In this document: positions 9,669-19,147 of the stretch, one piece after another
Layout of the letters: the number at the start of each line of letters is the position of its first letter
Position numbering within the stretch: the stretch's first letter is position 1
Source of the DNA: Gammaproteobacteria bacterium
GTDB taxonomy: Bacteria; Pseudomonadota; Gammaproteobacteria; SZUA-229
DNA length: 64,000 bases
Reading direction: 5' to 3'
NCBI GenBank assembly: GCA_029882215.1
Contig: JAOULC010000007.1
Location: 13,546 to 77,545 of the forward strand
The notes under the pieces: model-generated
Seen by the model: only the letters and a program-made list of their open reading frames with translations
What the model was told of the DNA's origin: nothing
Database searches by the model: none
Translations under genes and position numbers: made by a program

Positions 9669-10292
9669 TTACTCTGGCAGGCCCTCAAAAAATATAACCT
9701 CGCCTGTCTCCAGCGAATATTCTGCACCGACGATTAACAGGCCGTCATTATCACTTAGCTTTTCGAGCAGGCTCGAACCATGCCTCAGCTGATTGGCAGA
9801 TGCGCGGACATTTGCACGCATCGACTGCTCAATCAGTTCATCATCATCGTGCCATAATTCAGTGACTTTAAACGGTTCGACCGATGGCCGAATTCGATCA
9901 ACAATGGATTTAATATTTTGTGACTGCTCGGCATTAGGCCGCTTTAGTTCATCGACAGTGGCGCGGATAGCACCGCACTGTGAGTGACCTAATACAACAA
10001 CAAGCCGGGTTTCAAACTGAGAGGCGGCAAACTCAACACTGCCGATTTGTGAGGGGGCGACAATATTGCCGGCCACGCGAATCACAAATAAGTCGCCCAG
10101 CCCCTGATCAAACACAATCTCTGCGGGTACGCGCGAATCCGAACAACCCAGAATAATGGCAAAAGGTGTTTGCCCGCCGGTTAGCTCATCACGTCGTGTA
10201 TGTGTTGTCATTGATTCAATTGAACGCAGCCCTTTCACAAAACGCTGATTACCTTCTTTTAATCGTTGTAACGCCTCTACTGCACCAATCAT
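9669..10292 (-). CDS. Beta-class carbonic anhydrase
   Basis: LKEGNQRF, GCSDSRV, GDLFVIRVAGN, GHSQCGA. Confidence 0.93.
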   Translation of the reverse strand: MIGAVEALQRLKEGNQRFVKGLRSIESMTTHTRRDELTGGQTPFAIILGCSDSRVPAEIVFDQGLGDLFVIRVAGNIVAPSQIGSVEFAASQFETRLVVVLGHSQCGAIRATVDELKRPNAEQSQNIKSIVDRIRPSVEPFKVTELWHDDDELIEQSMRANVRASANQLRHGSSLLEKLSDNDGLLIVGAEYSLETGEVIFFEGLPE

Positions 10293-10586
10293 TATCAAAC
10301 TCCACGCTGAATAATTAACTTTTGTATCAATAACACCGTGCGCATTAAACCATACTGTCGCGAACGGCTAAAGATAATATTTTCCACACATCATGCTAAA
10401 AATCACCAATAAATTACCCTGTTCTGTGCTCTGCATGCCTTAAACTATAATAAAACTTAAGCTGACTGCTGCCGCTGGCACGACTGTGGTTTTGTCCTAT
10501 TTTTTTCAACATCATCACCTACTGATCTGAAAAAGCAATTTATTGACCTATACTGAATATATAATTAGCAATCCAGAGAAATATTC

Positions 10587-10949
10587 ATGGCTAAAGTACT
10601 ATGCGTTGATGATGCCCTCGTGATGAGACGGCTACTGAAGCAAATTCTTGAAAATCAGGGGCACACTGTCTTCACAGCGGCCGACGGCAATGAGGCAATG
10701 GCTATTGCACGTGATGAAACCGTTGATTTAGTACTTTGTGATGTCAACATGCCCAATATGTCAGGCACCAGCCTTGTGCCAAAGCTAAGGCGACTGGAGA
10801 CTTATAAAAGTACACCTATTGTTATGGTTACCACAGAATCGGATGGCTATAAAAAAGAGAAACTAAAATCCCTCGGGGCTAACGGCTGGTTAAGAAAGCC
10901 GTTTACCGAAGAGCAGGTGCTCAATATATTAAAACATTTTCTAAAATAA
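10587..10949 (+). CDS. Single-domain CheY-like response regulator
   Basis: VDD, phospho-Asp in LCDVNMPNMSG, VTT, KPF. Confidence 0.88.
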   Translation: MAKVLCVDDALVMRRLLKQILENQGHTVFTAADGNEAMAIARDETVDLVLCDVNMPNMSGTSLVPKLRRLETYKSTPIVMVTTESDGYKKEKLKSLGANGWLRKPFTEEQVLNILKHFLK

Positions 10950-10993
10950 GCCTGCGATCCTCCTATGATTTTGAAAACGACTTATACAAAAAT

Positions 10994-11017
10994 AAATGAC
11001 CCGCTAACGGGCCATTT
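10994..11017. terminator. Hairpin between convergent genes
   Basis: aaatgacccg-ctaa-cgggccattt. Confidence 0.55.
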
Positions 11018-11046
11018 CTATGCTACAAATATTTTAACCGATATGT

Positions 11047-12633
11047 TTAAAACGCCCGGAAACTAATCACTTTTGGCTTCACTTTTTTATACTCTGGCAT
11101 CGTCATGCCAGCAGTTGCGTTGATATAAGTAGGATCAGTCACTACATAAGTCTTACCGTTGTGACGCACCTTATCACCATTTACATTAGCCTTAAACTCA
11201 ACTGCTGCAGCAATATGACCGGGGAAATCCAGCCCAACCACTTCAAGTCCGATTAAACTCCGTACTAGCCATGCAAATACAACCGAGCGATCTTCACAGT
11301 CTGAATACGGGTAATATAAAGTTTCTTCCGGGAACAGGTAGTTTTCTTCGCCAAACTGACCCTGATCCGTTTTATATTTAAACGCATTTTGCACAAATAA
11401 CAGAATAATATTAACGGCTTCTTCTTCAGATTTTCCGGCAACAATATCTTTCAACTGTCTCAGCACAGGATTGCCAATTTCCGCATTAACACGTGACTTG
11501 AAATACTGATCTATATCCATCTGCGGATAAGTACTCAAAAAATCAATAGTATTTTGATCATAACCCAGCATGACCTTATAGCGTTTATGATCATACGTAA
11601 AACTGACCTGACGACTTTTTTTACTCGCCCCAGTGTTCAGGCTTCTGTTAACTGACATATCCAGAGAGTTTTCTGCACCAGGATACTGACCATCATAAGT
11701 GAATACCTTGCCAGGTTTTGCTTTATTTCCATCCATCGCTAATGCGTAATAACGCTTACCACTAAAGGTAAAGTAAGCGACGCCATACAATGGCTGCTCG
11801 GTTGGCAGTAAAAGAAAAACTTTATTATCACTATACGCCAGACGCGCCTGATAACTTGTCTTAACCAGTAAAAACCAGGTAAATAATGACTGTTCATTTT
11901 TCTGCCCGGTATATATCGACTTCGCCAGCTCATTAACCAGTAAAGCATAGCTCCAGTCATTCAGTTGTAGCGGCTCACGCTGTTTCTTCAACTGCTCAAT
12001 TAAGCCATCATAATCCGCCTTACTTAAATCGGACCAGAAGTTACTGATCGTGTTTTCATTAATCGCACCGCGCATCTGAGCTTTTAATTTTGGGTCATAA
12101 TAAAAAAGTAAATCGCGTCCGTAATAATGTATTTTTGCTGCCCTGCCCTTTGGGGCATTTACTACAACCGGCAACACAACCGGTTTTTTTGCTATTGCCG
12201 GAGGGGTTTTAATCTCAACAGGTTTAACCACAATGGCAGGAGGCGTTTCCACTATCACTTTAGGGATGACAGGCTGCTCAGGCCTCTGCGTCTGAAGCGG
12301 TGTTTTCTCCGGATCTGGACGAGGTGTGACAGGATCTGCAACAGGAACCGGGGGCTTCTGTACGACTGGTTTAGGTTTAGGCTTTGCCACAGGCATCACC
12401 ACTGGTTTAGGCGCTGGGTCTCGTTTTATACCCCGGTCAACATCCAGCTCTTTCCAGTGAGACTGCAGAAAACTGGTAAACTCTTTATCCCGCAGATCTT
12501 TATATTCCTGGTATTCTGTTTGCTGTTGCTGCATCCACTCTGCAAAGCCACCCTCTGCAACAGAGCTGGCTGCCGGGATCATGCAAAGGCATATAACGCA
12601 AGCGGCAGCTGACCTGAAATCATTTGCACTCAT
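11047..12633 (-). CDS. Exported protein with Pro-rich linker and C-terminal transglutaminase-like (Cys-His-Asp) domain
   Basis: Signal-like N-terminus, Q/E/K helix, P/K/V-rich linker, then YPYSDCEDRS...FPGHIAAAV...VTDPTYI. Confidence 0.7.
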   Translation of the reverse strand: MSANDFRSAAACVICLCMIPAASSVAEGGFAEWMQQQQTEYQEYKDLRDKEFTSFLQSHWKELDVDRGIKRDPAPKPVVMPVAKPKPKPVVQKPPVPVADPVTPRPDPEKTPLQTQRPEQPVIPKVIVETPPAIVVKPVEIKTPPAIAKKPVVLPVVVNAPKGRAAKIHYYGRDLLFYYDPKLKAQMRGAINENTISNFWSDLSKADYDGLIEQLKKQREPLQLNDWSYALLVNELAKSIYTGQKNEQSLFTWFLLVKTSYQARLAYSDNKVFLLLPTEQPLYGVAYFTFSGKRYYALAMDGNKAKPGKVFTYDGQYPGAENSLDMSVNRSLNTGASKKSRQVSFTYDHKRYKVMLGYDQNTIDFLSTYPQMDIDQYFKSRVNAEIGNPVLRQLKDIVAGKSEEEAVNIILLFVQNAFKYKTDQGQFGEENYLFPEETLYYPYSDCEDRSVVFAWLVRSLIGLEVVGLDFPGHIAAAVEFKANVNGDKVRHNGKTYVVTDPTYINATAGMTMPEYKKVKPKVISFRAF

Positions 12634-12696
12634 ATCATCACCCGAAAATTAGACTTATCATTAGTTTTTTGAATTTTGTAGGCTGAGTCTTCAGAC

Positions 12697-12724
12697 AAAG
12701 AAGCCGGTGTTAACCGGCTTCTTT
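12697..12724 (-). terminator. Hairpin/terminator after the LPP20 lipoprotein gene
   Basis: aaagaagccggt-gtta-accggcttcttt. Confidence 0.75.
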
Positions 12725-12732
12725 AGATTGAC

Positions 12733-13317
12733 TTATTTGTTGTAATTTAAAATTTCAGCTGCCAGTTCGTCCTGGCTCTTCTTCGCTTTAAACTGCTGCC
12801 ATAAAGCTGCATCGTTATTCATACTTGACTTAAGTGCTGCTGCGCCAGCCTGCTTAACAGCACTCACATTCATGCCCATTAATACATAAGTGCCGCCCAT
12901 TGGAGACTGAGTCACTTTAATGACTTTTGCACCAACCAGTCTTTCACCAGTTATCTCTTTAGTTACAGAAGTATATACGCGGTCAACAGTCTGGGCATCG
13001 CCGGTACCGGTATTTTCAATATGTGCTTTAACCATATTGTTTACCTGCACACCAATCTCTTTGGCCAGCTTAACCCTTGCCTGTGTGGTCGCAATTGTTT
13101 CTGTTAAAGACGGACCAGCTGCTAATTTTTCAGAGAAACCAACTGCCGACGCTTCATAGCCCTGATGAACCCGGTCACAAATCCAAGCTGGCGCCGGAAT
13201 ATTTGGCGCATCTTTATGTGCACACTCTATCGCCACAACATTATCTTTTTTTCCACCACAAGCTGCCAGTGTTGATATCAACGCCACACCTGTCAGTAAT
13301 TTTAGTCCTGTATTCAT
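12733..13317 (-). CDS. LPP20-family lipoprotein
   Basis: Lipobox TLAAC, APAWI, A...ARVKLAKEIGVQV, LVGAKVI pattern of LPP20 domains. Confidence 0.75.
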   Translation of the reverse strand: MNTGLKLLTGVALISTLAACGGKKDNVVAIECAHKDAPNIPAPAWICDRVHQGYEASAVGFSEKLAAGPSLTETIATTQARVKLAKEIGVQVNNMVKAHIENTGTGDAQTVDRVYTSVTKEITGERLVGAKVIKVTQSPMGGTYVLMGMNVSAVKQAGAAALKSSMNNDAALWQQFKAKKSQDELAAEILNYNK

Positions 13318-13572
13318 AATATTTTCTCCGAAATTATAATTTTATTGCCCGGTTAGCGAGCTTGTTTTGTTACATTCGCCCAGGTCAGCTGATACACCCC
13401 ATAACCCAGTGCCGGTAAACTCTAGACTAAACATAGCCGAGAGTCATCTAATTCGCAATACCTATGTTGAGTATTATATTAGCCATTTCAGAAAACTAAT
13501 TTATTGAAGTTGATCACATTTCATGTATTTCAATATGCTAATCTTAAATAAAGAGTCAATACAGGTATAGTT

Positions 13573-14790
13573 ATGCACGCTCGTATCAATATATTATTTA
13601 TTTTAGCTTCTCTTAGCTTCACGCCTTCTTCATTATTAGCAGAGTCATTTTCTGATTATATGAAGCAACAGCAAGATAAATCGGGGCAGGAGTTTTTACA
13701 GTATAAGTCAGCCACCGATGATGAATTCGAGACTTACAAGAAGCAACTTCAGGATGCTTTCAAGCTATATAAGCAATCCGTAGCAAAAGTCTGGGGGAAA
13801 AATCAGACCACCCTGCCTACAAGCTTGCAAGACGTTAGCTATCGGGACAAGCTTAATCAACGCAGTATTATTGACTATAAAAGCGGCGAAATAACCGTTG
13901 ATATTATTTTATCACCTGATGAAACAACAAACACGAAGCGGGTTCAGGACAAAATGAAGCAGGCGCTTAAAACCACATTAAACAGAGGCAGTGATACCCG
14001 CTCCATAATAGACATTGCTAAGAAACCTGCTGTTGCCACCAATAATGGCCCTGCGCTGTTATCCCAACTTGTTCAGGACACTAACGGCAAACCATTAAAT
14101 CCCGCTAACAACAAACATTTCATTGAGCAACAGAGTCAAAAAATTTCGCTGATATCAACACGCGGTACGGATAACAGGCCACGCATCATCGCCAGCACAA
14201 GCTTCCCTATGATACCGGCTCACCTTGAAGTCAGAGCCAGAAAATACCTGGCGCCGGTTAAAAAGTATTCGAATAATATGAAGCTACCTCCTGAGCTGGT
14301 CTTTGCCATCATGGAAACGGAAAGTGCCTTTAACCCGAACGCACGTTCAAGTGTCCCGGCGTTTGGCCTGATGCAACTAGTACCCACTAGTGGTGCACGT
14401 GATGCGTATCGCTTACTATATAATCAGGACAAAGTGGTCAGTGACCGTTATTTATACAACCCGGATAACAATATAAAAATGGGCACTGCTTTTATTCATA
14501 AGCTTTATTATTCTTACCTGTCTGAAATAATCCACCCCGAGGCGCGTACATGGGCCGCTATTGCCGGTTATAACACCGGCGCAGGCAATGTCCTTATAAC
14601 ATTTGCAGGGAAATATCGTCGTTCAAAATTTGGCAATCGATCAAACTGGAAAAAACATGCATTTTCCATTATAAATAGTAAAACACCCGAACAGGTTTAC
14701 CGTTATTTACAACAGAACTTGCCACATAAAGAAACACAGCACTACATCAAAAATATAAGAACAAGAATAGATAAATATAAAGCACTTTAA
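13573..14790 (+). CDS. MltC-like lytic murein transglycosylase (DUF3393-type N-domain plus SLT domain)
   Basis: RSIIDYKSGEITV, AIMETESAFNP (catalytic Glu), GLMQL, AGYNTG, ETQHY. Confidence 0.85.
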   Translation: MHARINILFILASLSFTPSSLLAESFSDYMKQQQDKSGQEFLQYKSATDDEFETYKKQLQDAFKLYKQSVAKVWGKNQTTLPTSLQDVSYRDKLNQRSIIDYKSGEITVDIILSPDETTNTKRVQDKMKQALKTTLNRGSDTRSIIDIAKKPAVATNNGPALLSQLVQDTNGKPLNPANNKHFIEQQSQKISLISTRGTDNRPRIIASTSFPMIPAHLEVRARKYLAPVKKYSNNMKLPPELVFAIMETESAFNPNARSSVPAFGLMQLVPTSGARDAYRLLYNQDKVVSDRYLYNPDNNIKMGTAFIHKLYYSYLSEIIHPEARTWAAIAGYNTGAGNVLITFAGKYRRSKFGNRSNWKKHAFSIINSKTPEQVYRYLQQNLPHKETQHYIKNIRTRIDKYKAL

Positions 14791-14803
14791 GGCGAACCCA
14801 TAA

Positions 14804-15187
14804 ATGAAGATAATACTGATCAGTTTTTTATGTTTTTTAGCGATTGCATGCCAGTCTGGCACGATAAAAAAAGAAGCCAGACCTGGCTGGATACTTAATC
14901 CGCAAGAAGGCGCCGTGGGCTCATGTGGTACACACCTGATGGGCAGACATGCTCAGGAAGAAGTCGCTATTGGTCTTGCACGAACACGCCTTGCTGCCGC
15001 TATGGGTGTCACCATAGACCAGGTACAAACTGTTAATATCAATGCCAGTAATAATCACAGCAACATCATGCTGGACTCTGCATCGACACAAGTTTTAAAA
15101 AACAAAACGGTAAAGGCTCATGTCCGGGCTCTCTGGTATGACAAACCACGAGACCGCATCTGGGCCTGGCTGTATCCGGTCAAATAA
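14804..15187 (+). CDS. Small lipoprotein, LPP20-like
   Basis: Lipobox AIAC; PGWILNP...AVGS...ARTRLAAAMGV. Confidence 0.65.
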   Translation: MKIILISFLCFLAIACQSGTIKKEARPGWILNPQEGAVGSCGTHLMGRHAQEEVAIGLARTRLAAAMGVTIDQVQTVNINASNNHSNIMLDSASTQVLKNKTVKAHVRALWYDKPRDRIWAWLYPVK

Positions 15188-15195
15188 GCAGGCAT

Positions 15196-15218
15196 TGGCA
15201 AGCTGTAATAGCTTGCCA
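15196..15218. terminator. Hairpin between convergent genes
   Basis: tggcaagctg-taa-tagcttgcca. Confidence 0.5.
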
Positions 15219-15234
15219 GCCGCTTTTAAGCCGG

Positions 15235-17262
15235 CTAGGTAGTTCGACATCCCGCTACCACGCAACGATTCCTGCCCGACTTTTTGGCCTGATATAAGGC
15301 CTTATCCGCCCGTTCAAAAACTTTAGCCAGAGTATCATCTGTTCTAAAGCCGCTAATTCCGCATGAAATGGTTATATTCACCGCTTCATTTTTATAGTGA
15401 AACGCACAATCTTCTACTGCCTTGCGCAGTTCATTTGCCAGTCGTAATGTTTCTTCTTCAATAGTACCCGGCAATAACATAACAAACTCTTCACCACCAT
15501 AACGCGCAAGAAAATCAGTCTCACGGATACGCTTATTGAGAATCTGAGCGATGGCTTTTAGCACCTTATCACCTGCCTTATGCCCATACGTATCGTTTAC
15601 TGATTTAAATTTATCAACATCCCACACCGCAATAGACAACGGCGTGTCAAACCGTTTCCAACGCGCTATATCCTCTTTAATTCTTTTTTCATAAAACAAA
15701 CGATTAGGTATTTCTGTTAGGGCATCATACATTGCCTCTTTATTTTTTTTCTCAAGCCGGACTTTAAGTTCGTTTGTTTCATTCTCAAGCTGGATAATTT
15801 TATCCTGCATTTTTGCAACATTATCTTTAGCAGAATCAAAGCGGCCTTGCTCCAGCTGTCGATGCTGCTTCATAAATTCACCGATTGCATCCAGTCTGCT
15901 ATTTACCACTGACTGTAACGCCGGCAGTGTGGTAGCAGACTCTATACCCTGTCTCATATAATCTACTTCTTTCGATACTGCACGGTTAAATTCACTGCCA
16001 TTTTTTTCAGTTTTATCAATTTCCTCATTTTCATTCACTAAGAACTGCACCATCTCCTGCAAACGACGGGTAATTTCCTGCAGAAAATCCTCATAACCTC
16101 CATCTTCCTGATACTGATAAAACCTCACTTCATTAATAAAGTGAACGATTTTTTTCATTCCTGACTGCCAGTCTTTATCTTCACCGGCTTCAAGATAAGT
16201 CTTTAGCGTTTCAACTTTATTCAGCAGCGCCACTGGTACAACAAGCCGCTCAAGTAGCTGGATAAATATTTCACGCATTTTTGGCATACTGTCAGCCGTC
16301 ACATTTGCTTCACTTATCATCTCGATATCTGATACAGCTGACGGTGACAGGTTAATTAACTGTGATATGGCCTGCGCTAATAATGCAGGTTCATCATCTA
16401 GGTCTGTTAACGACAGTTCTATTGATTGCAGACTTTTGTGAGCTGGCTGGTTTTTTTTAAGATCTGCGACAAATTCACTGAGAGTATCTTTTTTTATGCT
16501 ATCCACATTGATGTTGCTTGTTTCCTCATCGCCGGCAGACAGCTTCGGTGTCTTATTTTCGCCCGCCGGTGACATTTGCTTAGCCAGCTTAGAAAAACTC
16601 TTTAGCAATTCATCAAAGTTTTCATTATCACTGCATTTAGCGATTGCCAAAGATAGTTTTTTGCTCTGGCTCTTCTGTGTTTCGGGCCATGCTATGGATG
16701 CAACAGCTTCTGACAGCAATAGAAGTGACTCTGACGATTCAGCTTTGTTTTTATTCGAAAATAGCTTTGCCAGCAACCCGCCGCTCTCCGCTGCTGAGCC
16801 TGCCTCTGCTATATCTTTAAATAAAGCCTGCAGTTCCACTGCAATTGATTTGATGGAAGCCGGGTTTTTCTTTAGTTCTTTGACTAGCAGGCTTTTCTTT
16901 TTATGTGCTTCTTTTGCCAGCTTAATTCCATCCAGCATATCAATGACAGCATCAAGCTCTACCTGCATTTTTTTATTTTTACTTGATTTTTTTTCTGTTT
17001 CTGTGACCAGCTTAAGCAGTTCAACCAGCACTGCTTCAACGCGGTAGAGATTAAATTTTTCTTTAAGAACCACCCGCAAGGCCTGCAAGTGGCTGTCGAT
17101 TTGAGGCTCAACCCCTTCGGCTAGAAGGCTGATACGGCTCAGTGCCGATGACAGTAGCTTTTCAGATTTAACCCAGTCAGACTGCTGCTTTTCAAATTTA
17201 TCCAGCAGTCCGTAATACTTCCCTTTCCACTTTTCGGCTTCAGGGCCTTCTATACTCGCCAT
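15235..17262 (-). CDS. Cytoplasmic coiled-coil diguanylate cyclase (DgcP/PA5487-like)
   Basis: DALTEIPNR, RETD I-site, GGEEF, long helical N-terminus. Lies downstream of dsbA as in Pseudomonas. Confidence 0.88.
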   Translation of the reverse strand: MASIEGPEAEKWKGKYYGLLDKFEKQQSDWVKSEKLLSSALSRISLLAEGVEPQIDSHLQALRVVLKEKFNLYRVEAVLVELLKLVTETEKKSSKNKKMQVELDAVIDMLDGIKLAKEAHKKKSLLVKELKKNPASIKSIAVELQALFKDIAEAGSAAESGGLLAKLFSNKNKAESSESLLLLSEAVASIAWPETQKSQSKKLSLAIAKCSDNENFDELLKSFSKLAKQMSPAGENKTPKLSAGDEETSNINVDSIKKDTLSEFVADLKKNQPAHKSLQSIELSLTDLDDEPALLAQAISQLINLSPSAVSDIEMISEANVTADSMPKMREIFIQLLERLVVPVALLNKVETLKTYLEAGEDKDWQSGMKKIVHFINEVRFYQYQEDGGYEDFLQEITRRLQEMVQFLVNENEEIDKTEKNGSEFNRAVSKEVDYMRQGIESATTLPALQSVVNSRLDAIGEFMKQHRQLEQGRFDSAKDNVAKMQDKIIQLENETNELKVRLEKKNKEAMYDALTEIPNRLFYEKRIKEDIARWKRFDTPLSIAVWDVDKFKSVNDTYGHKAGDKVLKAIAQILNKRIRETDFLARYGGEEFVMLLPGTIEEETLRLANELRKAVEDCAFHYKNEAVNITISCGISGFRTDDTLAKVFERADKALYQAKKSGRNRCVVAGCRTT

Positions 17263-17283
17263 GTTTTTTTCTCATCATCGGTT

Positions 17284-17898
17284 TCATTTTTTTGATTCTT
17301 TGGCGATGAGATAATTAACGACATCAATCATTTGCTGATTACCACCTGCCATACTGCCACTGGTGATGTATTTGCCGTTAATTGCTAACTGGGGCACACC
17401 TTTGACTTCATAGTCTTTCATCATTTTACGGGCTTTATTTAGCTTGCCATTAACCGCAAATGAATTCATGTTTTTAGTAAACTGGTCGCGATCAACACCC
17501 TGTTGCACTATAAAGTCAGTTAATGATTTCTCATCGAACAAACGCATTTTTTTCATGTGTATGGCTTCAAAAATTTTCTCATGAAGCTTTTTTTGCATAC
17601 CCATCAATTCTAGTGCATAAAATGCTTTTGTGTGAATTTCCCATTTTTTATTCAGCGGTGCCGGTATCTGGATAAATTCAACATTTTCCGGCTTTTCAGC
17701 CAGCCAGCGATTCAGGGTTGGCTCAAAGTAAAAGCAGTGCGGGCAGCCATACCAGAAAAACTCTATCACTTCGACACGCTCCGGGCTGGCAGTAGGCTGC
17801 TGATTGATACTGCGGTACTCAAAACCGGCCGTGTAGTTTTCTGAACACGCGGTACCTGAAAACAAAAACATTACTGCTAACGCTACGATCTTTTTCAT
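17284..17898 (-). CDS. dsbA: Thiol:disulfide interchange protein DsbA
   Basis: EFFWYGCPHC, GVP cis-Pro loop, signal peptide. Confidence 0.93.
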   Translation of the reverse strand: MKKIVALAVMFLFSGTACSENYTAGFEYRSINQQPTASPERVEVIEFFWYGCPHCFYFEPTLNRWLAEKPENVEFIQIPAPLNKKWEIHTKAFYALELMGMQKKLHEKIFEAIHMKKMRLFDEKSLTDFIVQQGVDRDQFTKNMNSFAVNGKLNKARKMMKDYEVKGVPQLAINGKYITSGSMAGGNQQMIDVVNYLIAKESKK

Positions 17899-17981
17899 TC
17901 TCTTAGTTTCTCCATATTTTTTATTTTTCAGGCATGGTTTCTGCTGTTATGTTAACCATGCCTCGTTTAATTATCCAGGCT

Positions 17982-19145
17982 TTAAAGCTCGCCGTATGAA
18001 TGCAGGCCTGACAGGAACATATTCACCCCGAGGAAAGCAAACAAGGTAACAAACAAGCCGATAATAGCCCACCAGGCCATTGGCGCACCGCGCCAGCCTT
18101 TAGTCAGACGCATATGCAGCCAGGCGGCATAATTTAACCAGACAATAAGCGCCCATGTTTCTTTCGGATCCCAGCTCCAGTATCCACCCCAGGCTTCAGC
18201 TGCCCACATTGCGCCAAGAATGGTTGCAATGGTAAAGAAAGCAAAACCCAGCGCAATCGCTTTATACATAATATCGTCGATGATCTGCAGTTCCGGCAGG
18301 CGCTTAACCACACTGTTATCAGCAAATTTTTCTTTTATCAGATAGGCCACACCCAGCATGGCACTCATCGCAAAAGCGCCATAGCCAACAAAATTTGCCG
18401 GTACATGAATCTTCATCCAGTAACTTTGTAGTGCAGGCACCAGTGGTTTAATGTCAGCAGCGCCTCTGGTTTCATACCAGAAAACAAAACCGACCGCAGC
18501 GGAAATAATCAGCAGAACAAAGCCGCCCATATTTTTGTTTTTATAACGCCCTTCATAATAAAGATACATAAGGCCGGTGATGATGCAGAACATGATGAAC
18601 ACTTCATACAAGTTACTCACCGGTATATGACCGTATTCCGGGTTATACAGGTATGACTCACGCCAGCGAACCATCAGACCAACAAAACCAAAACCTGTCG
18701 CTATCCAGGTCATGCGTGAGGCCACATTTAGTGCAAACTCTGAGTTAGCCATCAAACCAAGAAAGTAACTAGCTGTTGCAAGGAAAAACAGCGCACCCAT
18801 CCAGGCAAATGCTGACTGACTCGATAGTAAGAATTTGAGAAAAAAGTTTTGCTCACCGGCTGCCAGACTATCACCATATAACCAGATTGAGAACAGGCTA
18901 AAAATACCAACACACACAGCGTAAAAAATGCTGCTTTTCCAGTACCAGCCAACAAAAGCGGTTAGTACAGCCACACCAATCAATATAGCAACTTCATAGC
19001 CATCCATCATTGCGCCATACAATGTCAGCGTCGCAACACAGGCAATGGTTAACAGTCCAAACCATGCCCAGTCTTTGCTATTAATTAAGCTCAGAAGGGT
19101 TGGTTTATTGAGTTCACCAAATTTCAAGCTTTCTGCTTCCGACAT
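17982..19145 (-). CDS. ccsB: System II cytochrome c synthase, WWD-domain subunit (CcsB/ResC)
   Basis: HIPVSNLYE, LQSYWMKIHV, WAAEAWGGYWSWDPKETW, SGLHSYG. Confidence 0.93.
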   Translation of the reverse strand: MSEAESLKFGELNKPTLLSLINSKDWAWFGLLTIACVATLTLYGAMMDGYEVAILIGVAVLTAFVGWYWKSSIFYAVCVGIFSLFSIWLYGDSLAAGEQNFFLKFLLSSQSAFAWMGALFFLATASYFLGLMANSEFALNVASRMTWIATGFGFVGLMVRWRESYLYNPEYGHIPVSNLYEVFIMFCIITGLMYLYYEGRYKNKNMGGFVLLIISAAVGFVFWYETRGAADIKPLVPALQSYWMKIHVPANFVGYGAFAMSAMLGVAYLIKEKFADNSVVKRLPELQIIDDIMYKAIALGFAFFTIATILGAMWAAEAWGGYWSWDPKETWALIVWLNYAAWLHMRLTKGWRGAPMAWWAIIGLFVTLFAFLGVNMFLSGLHSYGEL

Positions 19146-19147
19146 AA

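Noticed and set aside
16496..17047. Long antisense ORFs (this one, 39455-39961, 12127-12612, 62616-63092 and others)
   Set aside because: Shadow frames opposite well-supported genes, with biased composition and no motifs
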